Positions 9,005-18,163 of a stretch of 64,000 nt of DNA are shown here, piece by piece. A model generated the notes under the pieces. It was given only the letters and a program-made list of their open reading frames with translations. It did no database searches and had not been told where the DNA came from. Source of the DNA: Candidatus Saccharimonadales bacterium (GTDB taxonomy: Bacteria; Patescibacteriota; Saccharimonadia; Saccharimonadales; UBA7683). Each line of letters begins with the position of its first letter. Position 1 is the stretch's first letter. The translations under genes and the position numbers were made by a program. The stretch covers positions 8,480 to 72,479 of the forward strand of contig JAXMAA010000001.1 of the NCBI GenBank assembly GCA_046350615.1, written 5' to 3'.

Positions 9005-9785
9005 CTTCTGGCTCGGTGACAGCAGTTAGTTTGGTACGGTAAAACACATAACGGTAATCTAGAGGTTTGCCCTGACCCGCCACCACCCATGGCGTATCAT
9101 AGTGGGATAGTTCTGTTAACTCCTTGGCCGTCTTGTCACTTAGTCGTGCAAGAGTTTCGTCTATATGTCTGAGTTCGCGTGCAGATAGGCCATCAAATGG
9201 TACTGGTTTTGTTGGCAAGTACTTCTTCTGCTTGTTCTTGAAGAAATTGGTTTCAACAACCTCAAGCTCGCCTTTGGTCTTCATGCCCTCTACGACACTC
9301 TTGAATTCTGCTACAGGTGATGGACCGTAGTGGTTATGAATGTAAGTCAAACCGGTTATGGACTTACCATGTTTTTCGTAGTAATCAAAATCTATGAAGT
9401 ATAGCAGTTTGTATAGAACGGTTTCACCAACATTTGGCTTAGCACCGACTTTTTCCAAAACGTAGGCAAGCACTTCGCGCAATTTATTGTGGTCAACAAT
9501 TTGTATCGTTTCTCTGGGCTCTATACTTGGTTTGCTGAAACTGGTTGGTTCGACAGCTTGTTCTGTCGGTAGCTTACCGGTAATTAAATCTGATGGAGAA
9601 ATCTGATAAAACTCAGCAATGTCGTTAATCTGGCTTAAATCTGGCTGGCGTTTGCCGGCCTCTAAGTTGGCGTAGGTTGCCCGCGCCATGCGTAGTTTAT
9701 TTGCTACGTCTTGCTGGCTCAGGCCAGCATTGTCGCGCAGTGCTGCTATTGTCTTGCTGAAATCCATGAGGAACCTTTCTTTCAT
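8994..9785 (-). CDS. XRE-HTH plus Panacea (DUF4065/SocA-like) domain antitoxin
   Basis: N-terminal HTH LRDNAGLSQQDVANKLRMARATYANLEAGKRQP. C-terminal VLYKLLYFIDFDYYEKHGKSITGLTYIHNHYGPSP is typical of DUF4065. Confidence 0.75.
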   Translation of the reverse strand: MKERFLMDFSKTIAALRDNAGLSQQDVANKLRMARATYANLEAGKRQPDLSQINDIAEFYQISPSDLITGKLPTEQAVEPTSFSKPSIEPRETIQIVDHNKLREVLAYVLEKVGAKPNVGETVLYKLLYFIDFDYYEKHGKSITGLTYIHNHYGPSPVAEFKSVVEGMKTKGELEVVETNFFKNKQKKYLPTKPVPFDGLSARELRHIDETLARLSDKTAKELTELSHYDTPWVVAGQGKPLDYRYVFYRTKLTAVTEPEDEL

Positions 9786-10079
9786 GCCTAATAGTATAGC
9801 TTATGCTACTGTTTTGTGCAATTAATCAGTGCAGAATGTTGACGTCATCTGTTATTTTTGCTATGATTACAATCATACCGACTTATCTGAAATAAAGAGA
9901 ACTTTAACAAACAGATGTCGGGAGGTTTTAAGGAGGGTAACTCCTGACCAAACCAATCACTAGGAATGGCAACGGTGCTGACCCTCGCCAGCACCGCACA
10001 TACAAAGACTGATGACCCTTGTATGCTGCTAATTCTAGCACACATTAACAATTAATGTTTTGCTATAAGGAGTAAAATC

Positions 10080-10325
10080 ATGGCAGCAAACAGACGCGAC
10101 GTTCATGTCGTACCCAACAAATCCTCAGGCCAATTAGACTGGTCTGTAAAGCGTGAAGGCGCGCAACGTTCTAGTGGCACTTATGCCAACAAGGCAGATG
10201 CTTTGGCGGCAGCTCGACAAATTGCCGTTAATAACGGGCTTGAGATGTTCGAGCATGGTAAGAACGGCCAGATACAAAATCGTAACACGTACGGCAAGCA
10301 TGATCCGTACCCACCAAAGGGCTAA
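10080..10325 (+). CDS. DUF2188-like small protein
   Basis: Good SD (AAGGAG at 10067-10072). VHVVPNKSSGQLDWSVKREGAQRSSGTYANKADALAAARQIA fits the DUF2188 pattern. Confidence 0.6.
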   Translation: MAANRRDVHVVPNKSSGQLDWSVKREGAQRSSGTYANKADALAAARQIAVNNGLEMFEHGKNGQIQNRNTYGKHDPYPPKG

Positions 10326-10327
10326 TC

Positions 10328-10537
10328 ATGGAAAAGTTTTGCGTAAACGAGAACGAACAAGATAACGGTGATCACGAGGTACATCGAAGCTGCAGGCGGT
10401 TGCCTAAACCGGAGAACCAAGAATATCTTGGTGAGCTACCAGATAGCTTCAGTGCTATTAAGGAAGCACAACGGCGACATCCCAACTGGCGTATCAACGG
10501 ATGCGCATGGTGTTGCCCCGAAAGCCACACGAGCTAA
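10328..10537 (+). CDS. Small Cys/His-rich protein (DHEVH...C...GC.WCC..H type)
   Basis: Starts 2 nt after the DUF2188 gene. The conserved-looking motif GDHEVHRSC ... INGCAWCCPESH suggests metal binding. Confidence 0.5.
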   Translation: MEKFCVNENEQDNGDHEVHRSCRRLPKPENQEYLGELPDSFSAIKEAQRRHPNWRINGCAWCCPESHTS

Positions 10538-10551
10538 CGGCAGTACAAATT

Positions 10552-10587
10552 AAAAACAGGGTGCGTTTGCGAGGACGCCCTGTTTTT
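10552..10587. terminator. Bidirectional rho-independent terminator between convergent genes
   Basis: 12-bp stem AAAAACAGGGTG / CGCCCTGTTTTT (one G-U pair) with a 12-nt loop. A-run and T-run flanks allow function in both directions. Confidence 0.7.
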
Positions 10588-10598
10588 AGATCAGTGAC

Positions 10599-11240
10599 TC
10601 ACTTAACTTCAATACTCTCACCGTCAGTAAGAAACACAAATTCTCGGGCTGAATCAATACTGTTCACAACAAAGTTGTGTGTTACTTTATGCCCGTTGTC
10701 GCTATTCAGACCATTGTGTGTAGGAATAACAATGTCGGAATCAACTGCATTGGCGAACTCAATACACTCTGAGACTTTGAACCATGGCCCCGAGGTTGGC
10801 AAGGCAAGAACCTTCACCTTCGTATCAATAGTCTTGTACGAATCACTTGGGTAGTACAGTGCGTCGCCATCTACCATAATAGCCAGGGACTTACAAGGTG
10901 ATTTTTGGTATACCACTGCATGATCGGTTTCACTGAACGCGACCTCAAAAGCACCGAGCGATATAGTCTTATCGCCCGTTACGGCGTGTGTATGCAGGTC
11001 TGCGTCTTTCAGCTTCTCTTGTACGGCTGTGGTGGTATAGATTTGTACGTCTGGATTAGCGCGAGCAACCATTTCGAGATTGTCAGGGTTGAAGTGGTCG
11101 TAATGCTCTTCGGTCACAATCACGAAGTCTATCTTTGGCAGACCGGCCGGTAGTTCAGTAAACGAGCCTGGGTCAATGAGCATATACGCACTATCTTTTT
11201 CGAGTAGCAGGCAGGCGTGGCCGTATTTAGTGAGCTTCAT
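10599..11240 (-). CDS. MBL-fold metallo-hydrolase
   Basis: MKLTKYGHACLLLE... and VIVTEEHYDHF (HxHxDH-like) are typical of the small YtkL/UlaG-like MBL fold. Confidence 0.75.
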   Translation of the reverse strand: MKLTKYGHACLLLEKDSAYMLIDPGSFTELPAGLPKIDFVIVTEEHYDHFNPDNLEMVARANPDVQIYTTTAVQEKLKDADLHTHAVTGDKTISLGAFEVAFSETDHAVVYQKSPCKSLAIMVDGDALYYPSDSYKTIDTKVKVLALPTSGPWFKVSECIEFANAVDSDIVIPTHNGLNSDNGHKVTHNFVVNSIDSAREFVFLTDGESIEVK

Positions 11241-12192
11241 AGGCCTCCTTGAGTTCTTGCTTTGCCACTGGTTGAACCCCCCGTTTATGAAACTGCAACG
11301 TACCAGCTAGAATAGCTTGCTGAGCAGCCTCGCTGATTGCCGCTCCATCCTGCAGGAGCGCACAGAGAGCAGCCATCGTTTGATCACCGCACCCTGTTTC
11401 GTCTTTTTCGCCGGATGCTTTGATATCAGGGATTGCAATATGCGTCTGTATGTCGTTTGTAAATAAATAGGCTCCGTTCACACCCGCAGTTATAAGAATA
11501 TTCTCAACACCTTGTTCGCGTAATTTTTGGGCAGCTTTTTTAGCAGTTTCAAAGTCAGTAACCTCAATACCAGTTAGTATTTTTGCCTCATGTTCGTTTG
11601 GTTTCATTAGGTAGATGCCGGCTGCTATAAGCTCACTTAATTCTGTAGTAGCTTCAATGCCTCCTGGATCAAACATTACTTTCAGGCAATGCTTGTTTGC
11701 TAGTTGAACCGCATAAGTGGCTGTTTTTAGCGGACACTCCAAGGTCAAGACTAGAGTTCCGTTGTTCGTTGCGACGATTTCAAATAGTTCAGAGGCGGCG
11801 TCAATATCGTCTGTACTAAAGTCGTCACTCACGCCAGGCAGCACAAAAATCTGGTTATTACCATGCTGATCTACTGGTATGAGAGCAATTCCTGGCAGCT
11901 TATTCACTAGCTCATACTCAAGCACATTTACATAATCAGTATTAACACCAATTTTTGCTAATGCGTCCATCGGCTGCCGCCACAAACCGTAAGGATCTTC
12001 TACGGTTCGGCCAACCATGGCAACGCTATTTTCTGATGCAAGGTGAGCAATCATGTCAGCGATATTACGTGACTTACCGCCCGGGCCGATTAACAGTTCT
12101 TTGCCATATACGTGTTCGCCTGGTTTTGGAAATTGCGTAATACCCGTTGCCACGAGATCAGTGTTGAGCGAGCCGATGACTATGGTTTTCAT
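11227..12192 (-). CDS. PfkB-family carbohydrate/nucleoside kinase (ribokinase-like)
   Basis: GSLNTDLV, GPGGKSRN, and C-terminal DETGCGDQTMAA (the DTxGAGD-type motif). Confidence 0.85.
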   Translation of the reverse strand: MKTIVIGSLNTDLVATGITQFPKPGEHVYGKELLIGPGGKSRNIADMIAHLASENSVAMVGRTVEDPYGLWRQPMDALAKIGVNTDYVNVLEYELVNKLPGIALIPVDQHGNNQIFVLPGVSDDFSTDDIDAASELFEIVATNNGTLVLTLECPLKTATYAVQLANKHCLKVMFDPGGIEATTELSELIAAGIYLMKPNEHEAKILTGIEVTDFETAKKAAQKLREQGVENILITAGVNGAYLFTNDIQTHIAIPDIKASGEKDETGCGDQTMAALCALLQDGAAISEAAQQAILAGTLQFHKRGVQPVAKQELKEAYEAH

Positions 12193-12470
12193 TTCTCTAC
12201 TTCCTCAAGCAATGAAATAATCTGATAGCCATATTTGTCGATATCCTCTTTGTTCCAGAAGTCAAAGTCTTTTGTTTTGCCTACAAAACCTACTTTTCGC
12301 TTTAGGGTGCGACCAGTTGGTTGTTTTGTGTTCTCATCAATCTCAACCAGTACGAGAATATCCCCTTGACTGCACTCCCAGTCAGCTAGGCGTAGCTCGT
12401 AGGTCTTTTCTCCAGTCTCAATCTTGTCGAAATACTCAGGCAAGATTTTCTTTTCAATTAGTTTACTCAT
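12189..12470 (-). CDS. ASCH-superfamily protein (DUF3850-like)
   Basis: KKILPEYFDKIETGEKTYELRLADWECSQGDILVLVE matches the DUF3850/ASCH N-terminal pattern. Overlaps the kinase gene by 4 nt. Confidence 0.6.
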   Translation of the reverse strand: MSKLIEKKILPEYFDKIETGEKTYELRLADWECSQGDILVLVEIDENTKQPTGRTLKRKVGFVGKTKDFDFWNKEDIDKYGYQIISLLEEVEK

Positions 12471-12511
12471 CTCTATGATTATACCTTAACTCTCGAACAA
12501 AATATCCTGTT

Positions 12512-13300
12512 CTACTCCTCCACAAACCCCACCGGCAACTCGTGGTAAACGGGTTCCTCATCCCAATCCACTTCCATTGGTCGCAGCCAGATATCCTTTT
12601 CACCGCCGAGGAGGCGTTCTTCAGTGGTGGTGAATAGTTCAGAGTCCCAGAGCAAGTCAGTCGACATCTTAATAATTCGTTTTTCAGTACTATTGTTGCC
12701 GGCAACCAGCAGTAGGTAGGGATAGCGGTACTCCGCTTCCTCATCAGCATAGTCAATATGTTGGTTAATACGTTTACGAATAGTCCAGCTTTGTTCACCA
12801 GCGGGGATGTATTCCATAAAGAGTTCAGGAGTATCCTCAGCGTCTGGGGCGAATAACAGCCAGGGCATGGGGTTCAGATAGTCTTCGGGGTCAAGCTGGT
12901 ATTTGGTATACGTACGGTACATCTGCGGGTAGTTGCGGTGAATAGCTCGGCTAAACTTCGGGTAGCGGTAGTATTCATCTATCTGCGGTTCAGTGAAGTC
13001 TTTGTTCTTGTAGTGTAGTTGGGTACGGGCTACGCACTGGGCTTTTAAGTAGCGTATGCCAGCTGGGGCTAAGTAGTAGGTTGCTGGTCGTCTATCTATA
13101 CGGTACGTATTACTGTACTTCTTTGCTGCATATCCTTGGTCTACGAGTACTGCTAATCTCTCGTATATTGTTGATCTATCTTTATGTAGTAGGTCTGCTA
13201 GTAGATCGGTTGTTAAGAATCGGTATTTCAGTAACGTGTGTAATATCGAAGTTTGTGAACTGCTAATCTTATATCTTGCTCTTGTCTCCGCACGCCGCAT
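12512..13300 (-). CDS. Replication-relaxation family protein (plasmid/ICE-type wHTH)
   Basis: N-terminal ILHTLLKYRFLTTDLLADLLHKDRSTIYERLAVLVDQGY winged-helix pattern of the replication-relaxation family. Confidence 0.55.
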   Translation of the reverse strand: MRRAETRARYKISSSQTSILHTLLKYRFLTTDLLADLLHKDRSTIYERLAVLVDQGYAAKKYSNTYRIDRRPATYYLAPAGIRYLKAQCVARTQLHYKNKDFTEPQIDEYYRYPKFSRAIHRNYPQMYRTYTKYQLDPEDYLNPMPWLLFAPDAEDTPELFMEYIPAGEQSWTIRKRINQHIDYADEEAEYRYPYLLLVAGNNSTEKRIIKMSTDLLWDSELFTTTEERLLGGEKDIWLRPMEVDWDEEPVYHELPVGFVEE

Positions 13301-13394
13301 GTATTTTTTCTCCTATATGTATATATAAAAGAAGAGAAAGTAAAAGTAAAGAATTAACAGAGGTGATAGCAAGAATAAAATACCATGTGCTTAG

Positions 13395-14456
13395 TGGGGA
13401 TTTTAGACTACCCTGGAAGCTCGTATTGTAGGAGTGCGCTATACTGTTTGGTATGGCAAAACAACCCCGTGAATGACGATCAACGCAGATTTCTTGATAA
13501 CCTGCCGGATGATCAGGTAAATGAGAATGCTGAGCAAAAGCTCGACAAAGCTATTGCACGCGCCGCGCAGCAGTCGCAATCAAAACAGGAAAAACCGGAA
13601 CCTGCCGATGGTTATAGCGATATACAAACTCGTTCAGATACAGCTGGAGATACTTCCGACTAACGCAGTGATAAGTACCATCCATGGAGCGTTTCAGTTG
13701 TGACCAAAAGCCCTCAATAGTGTTGGTATGCACGGCTCCACGACCATACTCACCAATACTGTGATTCACGCTATCGTGGTAGTAGCCGATACGGTGCACC
13801 GTTCGGTAGACTCGAGCCTGGTCGCTATATACCACTGAGCCAGGTGCTATGCCAGACTGCAAGCGTGGCAGTAGTACCCGAGCGCCAGCACTGCGCACAT
13901 GTTCGGCTTTGACTTTACCACCACGTTCGACCATACCAAAGACAATGGCTTTATTCTGCACGGTGACATTCTTGCCCCGTTCACGGCCGCCTATGTAGGT
14001 TTCATCAGTTTCAACAATGCCAGACAAAGAAGTGTTGCTATCGAGCATCAAGGTGCGTACCTGCTTGGCAATCCGCCAAGCAGTTTTGTAGGTCACGCCC
14101 AGATGGCGTTCCACTTCTTTGGCCGAGACGCCGTTCTTAGCGACTGAGAACAAGAAGATGACGTAGAACCAGTCTTTCAGCGGTGTCGACGACTTATGGA
14201 AGATGGTATTAGCTAACGGATGAATCTGATTACCACAGTCTTTACACTCGTAGCACTTACGATTCCGAACTCGGTAATAGCTGGGATCAGCGACCCCGCA
14301 CTTGGGGCAAGCGGGCATCTGTCCATAGGCCAGGTCAAACATATATTCCAAACAAGCAGTATCATCTGGGAAGCGTTCGTTGAATTGCTTAACCGTAAAC
14401 CTCATACTTACAGTGTATCACAGAGGTTACATGTTGTAAAGGGATAATCGTCCCCA
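13395..14456 (-). mobile_element. IS1595-family insertion sequence (ends uncertain)
   Basis: Contains the transposase gene. Only a weak candidate terminal inverted repeat was found (TGGGGA at 13395, TCCCCA at 14451), and no target-site duplication was found. Confidence 0.45.
13551..14405 (-). CDS. IS1595-family (ISXO2-like) DDE transposase with N-terminal zinc ribbon
   Basis: CPKCG...CKDCG zinc ribbon, HTH GVSAKEVERHLGVTYKTAWR, VETDETYIGG and the later D/E positions typical of IS1595. Confidence 0.85.
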   Translation of the reverse strand: MRFTVKQFNERFPDDTACLEYMFDLAYGQMPACPKCGVADPSYYRVRNRKCYECKDCGNQIHPLANTIFHKSSTPLKDWFYVIFLFSVAKNGVSAKEVERHLGVTYKTAWRIAKQVRTLMLDSNTSLSGIVETDETYIGGRERGKNVTVQNKAIVFGMVERGGKVKAEHVRSAGARVLLPRLQSGIAPGSVVYSDQARVYRTVHRIGYYHDSVNHSIGEYGRGAVHTNTIEGFWSQLKRSMDGTYHCVSRKYLQLYLNEFVYRYNHRQVPVFPVLIATAARRVQ

Positions 14457-14499
14457 ACATTAATTGATTATTTTTAATATACATGTTTAAATATAATTT

Positions 14500-15627
14500 A
14501 TGTACCGGCCAAGTGCTACATATGAATTTGCTCAAATAGACGAACCTCTCGAAATTGAACCAACGGTATTTCGAAGCTCTGTATTTGGCCAAGATGAACC
14601 ATACTCAGATGCTCTTATTAACTCGCTCTCTTTTAGCAAGGGGGCTTTTAAGCCAGAAACAATTCTATATGTTGAGGGTCGAAACTACTTTGTAGATCTT
14701 CAGGATAGAGCTAGGGGAGTATATGATACATTACAAGTTTCCGGTGCGGGGTATATTCAACCCTCTCAAGCCAGAAACGCACACAATGGCTTAATTATTA
14801 CAACCGCAGCGACTGGTGTGCAAGTTATACAACCACCCCAACCATATCATGATGGATCTGCGTTGTATGCACACATCACTGATTACTACGATCCCTCTGA
14901 AGAATCTCTGCTCCGTAAAGTCGTTGATCACTCACCGATGGGCGGCTATGCACATGACCTAGCAATTCGCAAGTGGGTGCATATGCGTAAAGCGGAAAGG
15001 TTATTTGCTGATAGTAATGTACTGGTTCCACTTTGTCAGGGCTACGTTGACTTTCCGCAGGTCGTTGACCAACTGGGTGAATCACAGCGTGGCATAATTT
15101 CACTCGTTCCAAATAAAGGGAACCGCCTGAACCGCGACCTCACTCCATTGTTGGGTTACGTTGATAGCCCCAGCAAAGCTGGTAGATACTACAGTGATAT
15201 TGTTGCAAAGAAGATGTATGCCACAGGGCTTGCAGCAGCTACGGTGCATGCGTCAGGTCTGGTGCACAACCAACTCACAGCCGGCAACGTTGACCCCTCC
15301 TTTACTAGACAAGATGGTTCAGATGTAGTTTTTGTGGCTGACTGGGAAACTCCGACTGAAATTATCCCAGAAGACGACCTACAAATGCGCGCACTTGATG
15401 TTATGAAGACTATCAGATCACTCACTTCAATAGCGATTAGAGCGGCAGAAATGGGCAATGCAGGGTTTTGGTCCGGCTTGGCAGCACAACAGGCTATTGA
15501 TATTTTATGCGGATACAACAATATAGAGAGCTTTGACTTTAAAGAAGATACCATTGAGAGAATCTCGCAGGTCATAGATGGTGGATCACGAGCAGGAGTT
15601 ATGGCTACTGCTTCATTTTTGGCATAA
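14500..15627 (+). CDS. Hypothetical protein with protein-kinase-like/APH-like C-terminal motifs
   Basis: HASGLVHNQLTAGNV (in the position of HGDLhxxN) followed by VFVADWE (like IDWE/DFG). The catalytic Asp position is Gln. Confidence 0.4.
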   Translation: MYRPSATYEFAQIDEPLEIEPTVFRSSVFGQDEPYSDALINSLSFSKGAFKPETILYVEGRNYFVDLQDRARGVYDTLQVSGAGYIQPSQARNAHNGLIITTAATGVQVIQPPQPYHDGSALYAHITDYYDPSEESLLRKVVDHSPMGGYAHDLAIRKWVHMRKAERLFADSNVLVPLCQGYVDFPQVVDQLGESQRGIISLVPNKGNRLNRDLTPLLGYVDSPSKAGRYYSDIVAKKMYATGLAAATVHASGLVHNQLTAGNVDPSFTRQDGSDVVFVADWETPTEIIPEDDLQMRALDVMKTIRSLTSIAIRAAEMGNAGFWSGLAAQQAIDILCGYNNIESFDFKEDTIERISQVIDGGSRAGVMATASFLA

Positions 15628-15703
15628 TTTGCAAATTTATGACAGCTCGTGTATCTTTTATTGCTGTTGCATTTGAAACTTAAATGCATACACTGGAATA
15701 AGC

Positions 15704-18088
15704 ATGAGCAAAAATAATCTTGTTATTGTAGAGAGCCCGGCTAAGGCGAAAACTATCGAGAAGTATCTTGGTAGTGACTTTAAAGTGATGTCTTCGGTTG
15801 GGCACATCCGTTCAATTGCCAAAAAAACTAAAGATGGCAAAGAGGCAATTGATGTAAAAAACGGTTTTGAAACTGTATACGAGATTGATCCGGATAAAAA
15901 GAAGGTCATCACCGAGCTAAAAAAAGCCGTCAAAGAAACGCAGGCTGTTTGGCTAGCAACTGATGAAGACCGTGAGGGTGAGGCAATTGCCTGGCATTTG
16001 TGTGAGGTCCTGAAACTTGATCCGAAGACCACCAAGCGGATTGTGTTTCATGAAATCACCAAAGGAGCGATTGAAGAGGCGATTAAAAATCCGCGGTACG
16101 TAGATATGAACCTCGTACATGCCCAGCAAGCACGGCAGATTTTAGATAGGATCGTTGGCTTTGAGCTCTCACCAGTCGTCTGGCAGAAGGTGCCAGGTGG
16201 TAAATCTGCTGGCCGAGTGCAATCACCGGCTGTTCGATTGCTTGTGGAGCGTGAGCGTGAAATTGAAAGTTTTGAAGGTAGCTTTCAGTTTAAAGTTACT
16301 GCTGAGTTTATGCATAATGGCGACCTTGTTAAGGCCGAGCTACCACAGCGTTTTGATACCGAAAAAGAGGCTCAAGAGTTCTTAGAAAGCCTCAAAAACG
16401 CTTCATTTACAGTAGGTAGCGTTGAAACTACTCCTGGCACTCGTAACCCTTCAGCGCCGTTCACTACCAGCACCCTGCAGCAAGATGCCAACAGTAGGCT
16501 CGGTTTTAGCGCCAAAGCCACCATGGCAGCCGCCCAGAAGCTTTACCAAGAGGGTAAAATCACCTACATGCGTACTGATTCGGTCAATCTAAGCAGCCAA
16601 GCTTTGGCCCAAATGACTGAGTTTATCAAAAAAGAGTACGGCGAGAAGTATCATCAATTCAGAACCTTCAAAACCAAGAATTCGAGCGCACAGGAGGCTC
16701 ACGAAGCCATACGCCCAACAGATGTGAAAACCACCTCTGCCAGTAGTGATAGCTACAACCAGAAGCTCTACGAACTAATCCGAAATCGCACCCTAGCAAG
16801 CCAGATGGCGCCTGCTAAACTGGAAAAGACTACAGTGAGCATTATAATTTCAACCAGCAAATACATCTTTGAAGCTAAAGGTGAGGTGATTTTATTTGAT
16901 GGCTTCCTGAGAGTATATGGCGGCAGCAAAAAAGACCCTGAGATTTTACCAGCACTCGTTGCGGACGATCGGCTGGAGCTAGAAATTGCATCTGCTCGCC
17001 AAATATTTGCCCGTCCACCAGCACGCTACACCGAAGGCTCGCTGGTTAAAAAACTTGAAGATCTTGGCATCGGCCGCCCATCCACCTACGCTACGATCAT
17101 CAATACAGTACAAGTACGAGGCTATGCAGAAAAAGGTGAAAGTGAAGGCGAACCACGCGATGCAATCGTTTTATCATACGTGCCATCCGGTCATTCTGAA
17201 CTTGTTTCAGGATCTACAAACGCCCAAGAGCAGATTCCGAAACAAGTTCGGAATGGCATCGTGCGTGAAGTTGTGCAAGAAAAAACCGGCTCAGATAGGG
17301 GCAAACTAGTACCGACTGCTGCTGGAAAAGTTCTCAACAACTTTCTAGTAGATCACTTTGACCAAGTGGTAGACTATGGTTTTACGGCTGCTGTAGAGGA
17401 AGAATTTGATCAAATTGCTGCTAATAAGTTGGCTCGTAATAAGATGTTAAACGAGTTTTATGATCCGTTTCACAAATTGATTGAAAACTCCGGCAGCATT
17501 GACCGCTCAACTGTCGCCCAAGCACGCGAGATAGGGGTACACCCTAAAACCGGAAAACCGATTTTAGCTCGATTTGGACGCTTTGGCCCCATGCTGCAGC
17601 ACGGTGCGACTGAAGATAAAGAGGCAAAACCGCAATTTGCGCCCCTTCCAAAAGGCGCAAAGCTTGAAACCGTCACGCTCGAGGAGGCCCTAAAAGCCTT
17701 CGAGCTGCCGCGAACCGTTGGCCAAACTGAAGATGGCAAAGAAATCAAAGCGAATATTGGCCGTTTTGGGCCTTATATTCAAGTGGAGAAGCTGTTTGTA
17801 AGTATTAAACCACTCGACCCGCACACAATCACACTCGAGGAGGCAAAAGAGCTCTACGCCGCTAAATTAAAGGCTGAGGCAGAGAAAAATATTGCCGATT
17901 TTGGCGATGGTATCAAAGTGTTAAACGGACGGTTCGGCCCCTACATAACCGACGGTACCAAAAATGCCAAAATTCCAAAAGACACCGACCCCAAGAAGGT
18001 TACCCACGAAGAAGCCAAAAAGCTCCTCGCCGAAGCCCCAGCAAAAGGCAAGCGCACCTTCAAGCGCCGTACTTCTAAAAAGAAATGA
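15704..18088 (+). CDS. topA: DNA topoisomerase I
   Basis: TOPRIM LVIVESPAKAKTIEKYLG, DEDREGE, active-site YMRTDS. The C-terminus has three GRFGPY-type repeats and a basic tail instead of Cys4 zinc fingers. Ends with TGA. Confidence 0.95.
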   Translation: MSKNNLVIVESPAKAKTIEKYLGSDFKVMSSVGHIRSIAKKTKDGKEAIDVKNGFETVYEIDPDKKKVITELKKAVKETQAVWLATDEDREGEAIAWHLCEVLKLDPKTTKRIVFHEITKGAIEEAIKNPRYVDMNLVHAQQARQILDRIVGFELSPVVWQKVPGGKSAGRVQSPAVRLLVEREREIESFEGSFQFKVTAEFMHNGDLVKAELPQRFDTEKEAQEFLESLKNASFTVGSVETTPGTRNPSAPFTTSTLQQDANSRLGFSAKATMAAAQKLYQEGKITYMRTDSVNLSSQALAQMTEFIKKEYGEKYHQFRTFKTKNSSAQEAHEAIRPTDVKTTSASSDSYNQKLYELIRNRTLASQMAPAKLEKTTVSIIISTSKYIFEAKGEVILFDGFLRVYGGSKKDPEILPALVADDRLELEIASARQIFARPPARYTEGSLVKKLEDLGIGRPSTYATIINTVQVRGYAEKGESEGEPRDAIVLSYVPSGHSELVSGSTNAQEQIPKQVRNGIVREVVQEKTGSDRGKLVPTAAGKVLNNFLVDHFDQVVDYGFTAAVEEEFDQIAANKLARNKMLNEFYDPFHKLIENSGSIDRSTVAQAREIGVHPKTGKPILARFGRFGPMLQHGATEDKEAKPQFAPLPKGAKLETVTLEEALKAFELPRTVGQTEDGKEIKANIGRFGPYIQVEKLFVSIKPLDPHTITLEEAKELYAAKLKAEAEKNIADFGDGIKVLNGRFGPYITDGTKNAKIPKDTDPKKVTHEEAKKLLAEAPAKGKRTFKRRTSKKK

Positions 18089-18163
18089 TCTGCCAAAGGC
18101 AGATACAACCGCCCCGCCTACTCAAGAACCGAGAGAGCCAAGCCTTGTTGTACCCTGCGAGCC

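Noticed and set aside
13385-13663. Plus-strand ORF of 92 aa overlapping the 3' end of the IS1595 transposase.
   Set aside because: It overlaps the transposase C-terminus antisense by 113 nt, and its N-terminal half is Cys/Leu-rich noise. It is probably spurious or part of the IS end.
15189-16035. Antisense ORFs inside strongly supported genes, for example 15189-15689, 15658-16035, 18809-19213, 43169-43678, 59271-59732, 59784-60236 and 61514-62020.
   Set aside because: Each lies opposite a gene with clear family motifs (kinase-like protein/topA, sigma-like protein, glyQS, ctpA, CHAP hydrolase). Each has the biased Ser/Pro/Arg-type composition typical of antisense frames.
18087-18106. Hairpin TCTGCC-AAA-GGCAGA as the topA terminator.
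   Set aside because: On the plus strand it is not followed by a T-run. On the minus strand it is (TCATTTCTTTTT), so it may instead terminate a minus-strand transcript of the unknown element. The evidence is too ambiguous to annotate.
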